Origin: a virus
Taxonomy: Duplodnaviria; Caudoviricetes
Length of the DNA stretch: 64,000 nucleotides
Reading direction: 5' to 3' (one strand)
Virus record (IMG/VR): IMGVR_UViG_3300002307_000018
Span: 32,001-96,000 of that record
Below are positions 55,914 through 64,000 of the stretch, in pieces; the stretch's first letter is position 1; each line of letters starts with the position of its first letter. Below the pieces are notes generated by a model. The model was not told the origin of the DNA, did not search any database, and worked only from the letters and a program-made list of their open reading frames with translations. A program made the position numbers and the translations under genes.

Positions 55914-57499
55914 TGGGTATCGCTCAGTCGGTACTGATATCCGGCGATCTTCAACCTCAAGCACAGACCCCGTTGTTTGAGGTTTACAACCCAGAGTGGG
56001 CGGGACTTCTCATTCCCACTTCTAATGCAAACTATGCAAATCTGTATCCAGGAACTCAAGATTTTTGTTGGGAAACTTGGATTAAGCCATCTGCTTGGAA
56101 TAATCAGCGAGTTCCTTTAGTTGCTTGGGACAACAGCAACTCACTCGGTAGTACGCTTTTTGGTTTGAGTATGAGTCCTGATTCTACTGGTGGTGCAGCC
56201 GGTATCATAGCATTTAGTATCGTGCTCACTGCATCCACATCAACGCAAATTTCTACACTGGCACCATCATACTGGAATACCTGGTTTCATCTGGCATTCT
56301 CCAAGACGGGTTCCACAATTAACGTATGGGCCGCGGGACAGTTGATGGCGCAAATGACAGGTGTTACTACTACACTAGACTACGCTACGCTAGGAGGCAA
56401 TGGATTCTGGACATTTACTGGACCAGTCGGTGATCGTGACGAGACATATTCTTTCCCACTAGAATGTAATTTTAGAAACATGCGCTATGTTATTGGTAGT
56501 AGTGTGTACGGTAATGTATCTACTATTACTCCGCCCTCACTATCAACAAACATACCAGTTGTTTCTGGTACGCAATACATAATTTATCCAAGTTCCTCTT
56601 CACAAATAGTGTATAATGGAACATATGTTCCGGACTATAATGGAGCAAGTTGGCAATTCACAGCATATAACGGGTCAGGTTCTAGCGCCGCCACCTCTTC
56701 TTTTTTATACGCATATCCAAGTGACACATCAATTACACCCACTGCTTATCCATTTGGTAATAGTGGAAAAGGAACATGGACAAACAATGGAACAAACCCA
56801 AATCAACCAAAGATAACAACCACCGGACCTACACCGTTATATGGAACAAGTTGCGGAGACTTTACTGCATCAGGAACTAATGTTAGAATAAGTTCTAGCG
56901 ATACTTCCATGGCCGACTTTTCTGCAGCGTCGTTGTACTATATTTGGTTCTATGTTCCGGCAAATATCACTAATGAATGTAAATCTATCATAACCGTTGA
57001 AAATACCGATGGATTTCAACTAAACATAGGTCGCCCGGGACAAGGTCTTGATTGGCTATCAGTATATGCATTTGGCAGTACAGAAAAAGCATATGCTCCG
57101 CATATTTGGGCAAGAAATGCTTGGAATTTTCTGTGCGTTCAAAAACGGTATGATGGAAGTCCTGGTCTAATATCAGCATGGGCAGGCGCCAACGGAGATA
57201 CAGTTGCAACTAACTTGAATCTTACAGATACCGGAGGATCAACATTTACCTTTGCATCATCTGGTACAGTTTCTATCGGTTGTACAACAGGTTCAACTGT
57301 ATCAAGTCAAATGTATTTTAATCAAATACTTGGGTTTAGCGGTCTATACTCCGGTATCGGCAGTCCCATAGTTTACGCAGATGATGCGCCAACTATTCCA
57401 ATAATTGCAATACCATCGCAAACCTATACATCAGAAACCGTATGCTTTGATTTTCAGGGAACGAACGGACAAACTAGCATTCAACCAGCATACCCGTAA
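55913..57499 (+). CDS. Probable fibre-tip protein with two LamG/ConA-like lectin domains
   Basis: DFCWETWIKP...WNTWFHLAFSKTGSTINVW...RNMRYVIG, plus a second YYIWFY...WNFLCV unit; TAATG-coupled to the giant fibre. Confidence 0.7.
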   Translation: MGIAQSVLISGDLQPQAQTPLFEVYNPEWAGLLIPTSNANYANLYPGTQDFCWETWIKPSAWNNQRVPLVAWDNSNSLGSTLFGLSMSPDSTGGAAGIIAFSIVLTASTSTQISTLAPSYWNTWFHLAFSKTGSTINVWAAGQLMAQMTGVTTTLDYATLGGNGFWTFTGPVGDRDETYSFPLECNFRNMRYVIGSSVYGNVSTITPPSLSTNIPVVSGTQYIIYPSSSSQIVYNGTYVPDYNGASWQFTAYNGSGSSAATSSFLYAYPSDTSITPTAYPFGNSGKGTWTNNGTNPNQPKITTTGPTPLYGTSCGDFTASGTNVRISSSDTSMADFSAASLYYIWFYVPANITNECKSIITVENTDGFQLNIGRPGQGLDWLSVYAFGSTEKAYAPHIWARNAWNFLCVQKRYDGSPGLISAWAGANGDTVATNLNLTDTGGSTFTFASSGTVSIGCTTGSTVSSQMYFNQILGFSGLYSGIGSPIVYADDAPTIPIIAIPSQTYTSETVCFDFQGTNGQTSIQPAYP

Positions 57500-57500
57500 T

Positions 57501-58244
57501 GTGAATACTTATTTTTACGACACAAAATATATCAGCCCACTGGGCGCACAAATGTACGAGTACAGTCGATTAGATAGCAACATCGACTTCTCGACGTTTT
57601 ATCATGATGATATGTACGAGCGTGGTATTTTAGACAATACTAGTAAGAGTTTGATAGAACAATACAAAATAGTACCACTAGTAGCGTCACATCTTTCAAT
57701 GGGATTAGAGTTTGACTGTGGTAGTCGATTACCGGCACTGTTTGCACGATTACATCCACGTGATCAAACATTTAATCAAACAGTATTTCAATCACTAGCA
57801 AACATTGTTAATGCGCCACTGGCAACGATCCCAACAATTCCCGTCTTTATCAAGATAGAAGATGTGGGTGTGTTCCCCGAACGAGCTACTGGATTGTTTC
57901 GCTTGTTATTACGTGGCCCAAAACAACATCTCAAACAATTCGCTGATGATAATAACTGTGTCAACACAGAAATAATAAGTGAATCTACTGATACAATCAA
58001 CGAAAGTATGGGTCTTAGTTTTGACTGGGACGGCACAACAATGACTAACTTTATGTACCACAGCGCAACCATACATCAGACACATCCATGGGTACGTAGT
58101 GTAGCAGAACACGCACACGATCAGATTGCACAGTTAATAACTGATAAACAGTATCGCATCACTCAGTTTGTCAAAGTATCGCTGACTAACAATACACATC
58201 AAGACTATATGAAAGCGTACTTTACGGTAAGAATCACACAGTAG
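57501..58244 (+). CDS. Hypothetical protein within the fibre cluster (start uncertain: GTG 57501 or ATG 57552)
   Basis: ORF track 57405..58244; globular composition unlike its neighbours. Confidence 0.55.
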   Translation: MNTYFYDTKYISPLGAQMYEYSRLDSNIDFSTFYHDDMYERGILDNTSKSLIEQYKIVPLVASHLSMGLEFDCGSRLPALFARLHPRDQTFNQTVFQSLANIVNAPLATIPTIPVFIKIEDVGVFPERATGLFRLLLRGPKQHLKQFADDNNCVNTEIISESTDTINESMGLSFDWDGTTMTNFMYHSATIHQTHPWVRSVAEHAHDQIAQLITDKQYRITQFVKVSLTNNTHQDYMKAYFTVRITQ

Positions 58245-58298
58245 AGTTCAGACAAATTTGATAAATACATGATAACAATTCTATCATAGGAACTCATC

Positions 58299-59699
58299 AT
58301 GGGTATCAGAAACAAAGTCACAGGCGAAATGTATTCCATTACCAGTTACAATCCAACAACTGGTAACATCACGGGTATCAACAACGTAGGCGGTAACTCC
58401 GATCTTGGAAACGTAACGGTATCAAACATTACTTTTCCTAACACCAGTACAATTACAGAGGTCAATGCCCCAATATCAGGTCAAGCGATTGTATTGGCGC
58501 CCTACGGTGGCACTCCGACTCAGATACTCAGCATTTATCCTACCGCAGTTGATGGCGACCATGTTCACTTGACATCAGGTAATCTATGGCAGTCAGAACT
58601 ATTTTTAGGTAGTGACGCATTGTATGTCAAACTGGCAAACACAGGTAACATTGGATTTCAGGCGAATGATGACAACGGTAACATCGCTCAATGGACAATG
58701 GGCGTTGACGGTTCAACAACATTTCCCAACGGTGCAAAGTTAAATGCCACGGTATCAACACAGTTTGCCACAGACAACGGCGTGGTTACTAGTATTGATA
58801 TGAGAGATACATCTGGCGCTGGTTTCTACACTAACGGTGGCGGATACACACTGCGCTCAAACGGTACAAAAAACTGGATATTTGACACAGACGGTAATTT
58901 AAGAACTCCGGGTAATGTAGATATATACGGCGCTATCAATTTCCCACAACAAGTTAGTTCTATCAATTGGTCTACATATAATATAGAATTAAGTCAGTAT
59001 GGTAGAATCAATACCAACGTTGATTTTTTTGCCAACGCTAATGTCATCGGCGCACAATATTTAAAAGGTGATGGTAGTAACATAACAAATGTCAATGCAG
59101 TACAAGTAATTAACGGAACAAGTAATGTAACAGTTCCTACTACTAATGGTAACGTTGCTGTTAGTGTAGGCAGCAACTCGTGGGTATTCGGCACAGATAG
59201 TAATCTAACACTAGCAGACGGTGGATTTCTAGTTGTATCTGGCGGAATCGTAGGCGGAGGAGCATCTCCGGCACCATACTTATCAGGCTTTAGTTCACTG
59301 GCCACAGTTGGTACACTTGGTAACATCACAGCAAGTGGGTTCTTTGTAGGCGACGGCTCACTGTTGACAAACTTACCAACTCCGGCTCCTGTAATTGATT
59401 TTGTTGCCTCTGCTAGTACTATTGCTCCGCCTGTTGGAGCCACACAATATAATATAACAGCTTTAGCAGAAAGTGCTACTATAGCGGCACCTGTTGGAAC
59501 ACCACTAGACGGTCAGAAGTTGACTATCAGAATACTTGACAACGGCACACCACAAACATTAACTTGGAACGCAATCTATCAAGTGATTGGTACTATACTG
59601 CCAACAACTACGGTCGCTAACAAGTATGTGTATGTCGGCTGTATCTACAACGCTCAAGACACAACTTGGGACGTGGTGTCGGTTGCCACCCAAGCGTAA
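58299..59699 (+). CDS. Tail fibre protein, 466 aa, with C-terminal adaptor-like domain
   Basis: MGIRNKVTGE N-terminus shared with 61459; WxFxTDGNL modules; gataaata at 58260-58267 and AGGA SD. Confidence 0.75.
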   Translation: MGIRNKVTGEMYSITSYNPTTGNITGINNVGGNSDLGNVTVSNITFPNTSTITEVNAPISGQAIVLAPYGGTPTQILSIYPTAVDGDHVHLTSGNLWQSELFLGSDALYVKLANTGNIGFQANDDNGNIAQWTMGVDGSTTFPNGAKLNATVSTQFATDNGVVTSIDMRDTSGAGFYTNGGGYTLRSNGTKNWIFDTDGNLRTPGNVDIYGAINFPQQVSSINWSTYNIELSQYGRINTNVDFFANANVIGAQYLKGDGSNITNVNAVQVINGTSNVTVPTTNGNVAVSVGSNSWVFGTDSNLTLADGGFLVVSGGIVGGGASPAPYLSGFSSLATVGTLGNITASGFFVGDGSLLTNLPTPAPVIDFVASASTIAPPVGATQYNITALAESATIAAPVGTPLDGQKLTIRILDNGTPQTLTWNAIYQVIGTILPTTTVANKYVYVGCIYNAQDTTWDVVSVATQA

Positions 59700-59709
59700 A
59701 GGATAAATC

Positions 59710-61359
59710 ATGGCGGCTAGATATTGGGTAGGCGGTTCGGGTAGTTGGACATCTGCTTCTACAACTAACTGGAGTGCGACATCGGGTGGTGCTGGTGGTG
59801 CTACGGCGCCCACCAGCACTGATGATGTATACTTTGATGCTAATAGTGCGGCAGGTAACTACACCGTTACAGGTACTGGCACACTAAGCGTAGGAAGTTT
59901 AAATATTGCCAAACCAGCATCGGGCATCTTAACTTTTTCCGGCACACCTGTTGTCAACGTCAACGGTAATCTTGACGGAAGCGGCGCCGGTGGTAACGTC
60001 ACTTGGTCAATCGTAGGTCAATTTAACTTTGCTGGTGCTGGCAGCTACACAGTAACAACTGGTGATATTCTTTTTGATAGATTTGCGTTTAATAACGGCA
60101 GCGGCACTTGGACGTTGCAGGATACGGTTAATGTTAAAACTGCATTTGGTATAAATACAGGAATACTTAATCTCAACGAACAAACGGTCAATACTCCTGC
60201 TCTTGGTAACTCGGGCGTGGCAGCGAAAACATGGAACATGGGCACTAACAGTGTGATAAATGTTACTGGCAATGCCACTACAGTTGTCAACTTCATTACC
60301 GCCAGTGGTATGACCGTTACAGGAACAGGTTACATCAATCTTAGTTACAGTGGAAGCACCGGCACAAGAACAGTAAACACAGGATTGACCGCTAGCGGTG
60401 CGTTTAACATTAAAGTAAGTGCTGGTAGTGATACGGTTGTATTATCAACCTATGTTAACGACTTAGACTTTACTGGTTTTAGTGGAACACTAAGTCCGAT
60501 AGCCAGAACTATATATGGTAATCTAACACTAAGCGGTAGCATGACGGTTACTCCGAGTGCCACAGGCACTACATTTGCCGGAACTGGCGCTAGTAAGACA
60601 ATCACTACAAACGAAACGTTCTTAGACCTCGCTTTGATCTTCAACTCTACTAATCCAGTGTTGTTAAATGGCAATCTTTATGCACCAACAAAAGCAATAA
60701 CAGTTACCGCTGGAGGCATTGTTACTAATGGTTATTCCATTACAACAAATGCGATATCATCAAGTAATACTAATGTCAGAACTATTGATATTACTAATTC
60801 AACAGTAACCATAAATTCCATTGGATCTCCGTGGAACTTGGCTACATCAACCAATCTTACATTTGTTAGTACGGGTAGTACTATTATATTGGCCAGTGCC
60901 GCAGCAAATGCTAAAACATTTGCTGGCGGTAATTTAACATATAACAACTTAGTTATTGGCGGACTCACTGGAACTACGGTGACCGTCACCACTACGTTCA
61001 CCGGTAATAATACATTTACTGGAACACTATCATCTACTAAAACCGTGACACACAATGTGCTATTTACTGCTGGTACTACAAATACTTTTGGTGGATGGAC
61101 GATTACAGGAACGGCAGGTAATATTGTTTATATTAATTCAACTGGCTCTCCTCCGGTCGCCACTCACAATTTAGTATTCACTGGCAGTGGCACTGTTAAT
61201 GTAAATTACACAAGCATCAGTTATTCTAACGCAAGTCCGGCAAATAAATGGTATTCACTGTTAACAAATAACAACATTGATGGCGGCAACAATACAGGTT
61301 GGATATTCACCGATGTTCCGCCTGTAGCGTCATCATCAAACTTCTTTTTGGTATTTTAA
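59710..61359 (+). CDS. Probable fibre-tip/adhesin, beta-helix-like, 549 aa
   Basis: MAARYWVGGSGSW...NWSATSGG...DDVYFDANS; T/G/N-rich; ends NNTGWIF...NFFLVF. Confidence 0.7.
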   Translation: MAARYWVGGSGSWTSASTTNWSATSGGAGGATAPTSTDDVYFDANSAAGNYTVTGTGTLSVGSLNIAKPASGILTFSGTPVVNVNGNLDGSGAGGNVTWSIVGQFNFAGAGSYTVTTGDILFDRFAFNNGSGTWTLQDTVNVKTAFGINTGILNLNEQTVNTPALGNSGVAAKTWNMGTNSVINVTGNATTVVNFITASGMTVTGTGYINLSYSGSTGTRTVNTGLTASGAFNIKVSAGSDTVVLSTYVNDLDFTGFSGTLSPIARTIYGNLTLSGSMTVTPSATGTTFAGTGASKTITTNETFLDLALIFNSTNPVLLNGNLYAPTKAITVTAGGIVTNGYSITTNAISSSNTNVRTIDITNSTVTINSIGSPWNLATSTNLTFVSTGSTIILASAAANAKTFAGGNLTYNNLVIGGLTGTTVTVTTTFTGNNTFTGTLSSTKTVTHNVLFTAGTTNTFGGWTITGTAGNIVYINSTGSPPVATHNLVFTGSGTVNVNYTSISYSNASPANKWYSLLTNNNIDGGNNTGWIFTDVPPVASSSNFFLVF

Positions 61360-61380
61360 GCATCAAAACTGATGAAAAAT

Positions 61381-61405
61381 AGACCAGCCACGTGCTGGTC
61401 TTTTC
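61381..61405 (+). terminator. Rho-independent terminator
   Basis: agaccagc-cacgt-gctggtct-tttc, followed by gataaata at 61413-61420. Confidence 0.75.
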
Positions 61406-61458
61406 GTTTAATGATAAATACTGTATCAACGCAATGTTTTAACTAACGGGAATACAAC

Positions 61459-64000
61459 ATGAACTTACGTAACAAAGTCACCGGCGAACTATCAACAATA
61501 ACAACATACGATCCGACCACTGGCAATATAACTGGTCTAGTGCCTATTGGTAATACCACGCTTGGTAGCAATGCCAACGTTATTATCACAGGCGGTAACG
61601 TAGGTGAGGTACTGACTACTGACGGAGCAGGCAACTTAAGTTGGTCTGCGGGCGGCAGTGGTACATACTCAAACGTAGATGCAAATGCATTCATGGCAGC
61701 CGGACTGGTAGGCGATATCATTCCTGCCGGCAACAACGTATCTAATCTCGGTAGTGTATCAAATCAGTTTCAACACTTGTTCCTGTCCAATGCTACTATC
61801 TACTTCAACGGATTCCCACTGACTGTTGGTACAGCAAACGGCGTAGCAAATACCCTGTTATTCAACTCATTGCCTATCGTTACCAGTGACGGTAACTCAA
61901 ACATTACAACTAGCGGTAACATTGTTGCCGGTAACATTGTCGCTGAGGGTAACATTGTAGCAAATACAGGTTACTACTTCTTAGGCGACGGCGGTCTGAT
62001 GTCTAATCTTACCATCAATGCTGGTAGTCAAATTTCTGATGGTACTTGCAACGTAGACGTTAACGGCACTACCGCCAACATTATTACAATGGGCGCAAAC
62101 GGTGTCGCTAACATTGCAACATTCGACGAAAGTAACGCTACATTCATCGGTAACGTAATTGCAACCGACTACGTGTATGCAAACGGTCAAAACATCTTAG
62201 TAAACTACTCGAACAGTAACGTATTCGGATACTTACAAACATATGACGGTGATCTACCAATGGTTGGTAACATCGTTGCTGGAAATATTACATCAGCGCC
62301 TGGCAACTTCTTTATCGGCGATGGCGGCCTATTATCTAACGTAGTATCATATGGTAACGCAAACGTAGCAACCTATCTTGCTGGTGGCACTGATACACAG
62401 GACATTATTACAACTGCTAACGTAGGTGCAGCAAACGTAAACGTAGGTGCAGCCGGAGAAATCACATTTGCCAGCGGCGGGAATATCTTCTCGATTCCAA
62501 CCGGCGGGTTGACAGGAACAATGGAAGTCAACGGTATCAATGATCGTGGTATCTCCTTAACAGCAGGCGGCCCAACTCCAGGTTCGGGCTACGCACAGCT
62601 ACAGTGGGTTGAAGACGTTACAAGTTATAACCCATACGATGCCGCAGGTTCAATCACTAATTGGGTATACACACAGAATGACGGTACTTACATTGAGAAC
62701 TTCGATCTAGTTAATGTACCAGGCTACAGTTACACTTGGAAGTTTGGTACAGACGGTAACCTTACAGCAGCCGGCAATATCAACGCAGCGGGCAACGTAG
62801 TAGCGCCGTACTTTATTGGTGACGGCTCACAACTAACAGGTCTGCCAGCAGGCTACGCTAATGCTAATGTAACAACACTACTAGCAAGCGGTACCGTAAC
62901 ATCAAACATTATTACAACAGGCAATGTTGCAGCAGGAAACTTAACAGTCACTGGTCTTACAGCACTGGGTAACGTTGGTAACGTAGCAATCACTGGCGGT
63001 ACTACTGGACAAGTACTAAGTACAGATGGCACAGGAAATCTGACCTGGGCGGACAACTTAATCTACACAGTACCACCTGTTTACATTACTGCTCCATTCG
63101 CAGGAAACAATCAAACATTCTCGAACACTATTCTAGCAAGTTACAATAGTAATTTGGAAATGACAGTGTTCTACAACGGTGCTCTCTTAGAAAACACATA
63201 CTACACACTAAGTGGCGACACGATCACTGTTAATATCCCACTACAAATCGGTGACGGTATTGACGTAGTAACAACAGTAGCATCATCAGTTAACTCAATC
63301 GTATCGAGTGGTTACGGTAATAGTAACGTAGCGGCATACTTACCGCTGTATACAGGCGCACTTGCTAACTTAGCAGGTGATGTCACTACAACTGCTAACG
63401 TAACTGCAACAAAGATATCACTGGGTAGCGGTAACATTCAGATTACTGGCAACAACATCTCAACATCTGGCGATACTATCACGATTGATCCATTAGGTGG
63501 TGGTCTGCCAAACGGTAATGTAATCGTTGCTGGTAACCTACAAGTTACAGGCAATCTAACATACAATGACGTTGTTAATGCAACAACAAACGATCTACAG
63601 TGGATCGCAGCAAACAACGCTATCAACCCAGCCGCAGCACAGGGCGGTGGTATTTCGGTTGGTCCATTGGGCGCATACGCATCGTTCACTTACAATTCAG
63701 GTTCTAATCTGTGGCAGTCATCATTGCCTATTCTTGCTAACGGCGGCATCAATGCTAATGGAGCACTATCGGGTGCTACAACAGGTTCGTTTAGTGGCAA
63801 CGTAACTGCTCCTTACTTTATTGGTAACGGCTCACAACTAACAGGTCTGCCAGCGAACTATGGTAATAGCGAAGTAACAACATATCTGGCAAGTAACGCT
63901 AACGTTGTTGTTACTACAACAGGAAATATCACAACAACATCAAACGTAGCAGCCAACTTCTTTATTGGTAATGGTTCACAACTAACAGGTCTGCCAGTAC
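61459..64000 (+). CDS. Tail fibre protein (3'-truncated, >845 aa; missing from the ORF track because it has no stop in the window)
   Basis: Hand translation MNLRNKVTGELSTITTYDPTTGNITG...; shares IPAGN...SNATIYFNG and GNNQTF...FYNGALLEN modules with 45191; spot-checked in frame. Confidence 0.85.
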   Translation, partial: MNLRNKVTGELSTITTYDPTTGNITGLVPIGNTTLGSNANVIITGGNVGEVLTTDGAGNLSWSAGGSGTYSNVDANAFMAAGLVGDIIPAGNNVSNLGSVSNQFQHLFLSNATIYFNGFPLTVGTANGVANTLLFNSLPIVTSDGNSNITTSGNIVAGNIVAEGNIVANTGYYFLGDGGLMSNLTINAGSQISDGTCNVDVNGTTANIITMGANGVANIATFDESNATFIGNVIATDYVYANGQNILVNYSNSNVFGYLQTYDGDLPMVGNIVAGNITSAPGNFFIGDGGLLSNVVSYGNANVATYLAGGTDTQDIITTANVGAANVNVGAAGEITFASGGNIFSIPTGGLTGTMEVNGINDRGISLTAGGPTPGSGYAQLQWVEDVTSYNPYDAAGSITNWVYTQNDGTYIENFDLVNVPGYSYTWKFGTDGNLTAAGNINAAGNVVAPYFIGDGSQLTGLPAGYANANVTTLLASGTVTSNIITTGNVAAGNLTVTGLTALGNVGNVAITGGTTGQVLSTDGTGNLTWADNLIYTVPPVYITAPFAGNNQTFSNTILASYNSNLEMTVFYNGALLENTYYTLSGDTITVNIPLQIGDGIDVVTTVASSVNSIVSSGYGNSNVAAYLPLYTGALANLAGDVTTTANVTATKISLGSGNIQITGNNISTSGDTITIDPLGGGLPNGNVIVAGNLQVTGNLTYNDVVNATTNDLQWIAANNAINPAAAQGGGISVGPLGAYASFTYNSGSNLWQSSLPILANGGINANGALSGATTGSFSGNVTAPYFIGNGSQLTGLPANYGNSEVTTYLASNANVVVTTTGNITTTSNVAANFFIGNGSQLTGLPV

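Noticed and set aside
45250-63805. Numerous 60-210 aa antisense and alternate-frame ORFs over fibre genes (also 5156..5593 and 29347..29724)
   Set aside because: These are shadows of repetitive G/A/T/N/V codon usage, with no promoters or SD and low-complexity products.
1-64000. Stop-codon reassignment (alternative genetic code)
   Set aside because: Genes tile densely under code 11, and both TAG (36581, 36729, 58244) and TGA (8201, 9013, 37244) end genes right before the next start.

Overview
This window is a 64-kb segment of a large T4-like tailed dsDNA phage genome in the standard genetic code. It has five parts. (1) 1-7.9 kb: the end of a baseplate/virion structural module. (2) 7.9-29 kb: a ~21-kb late-promoter enzyme cluster with 6 radical SAM proteins, 4 glycosyltransferase-like proteins, 3 SGNH hydrolases, a 2OG-Fe oxygenase, an AMP-forming ligase, a methyltransferase and a carbamoyltransferase lacking its C-terminal domain; it lies between two paralogous fibre genes with C-terminal chaperone domains. 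(3) 31-43 kb: a mostly early region driven by near-perfect sigma70 promoters, with an ABC-ATPase/GNAT fusion, a MoxR ATPase plus vWA partner, thyA and a sugar epimerase. It also holds a circularly permuted two-piece tmRNA gene (tag ANDEMFALAA), absent from the ORF track, preceded by a GIY-YIG gene flanked by 7-bp direct repeats. (4) A kinase, a zincin and an orphan protein with T4 capsid-targeting-like N-termini, plus an exported nuclease. (5) 45-64 kb: a modular tail-fibre/adhesin array including a 2659-aa repeat protein. Promoter-to-ATG spacing suggests many early and late genes are leaderless. All calls come from reading motifs by eye; no database search was run, and counts are hand counts.
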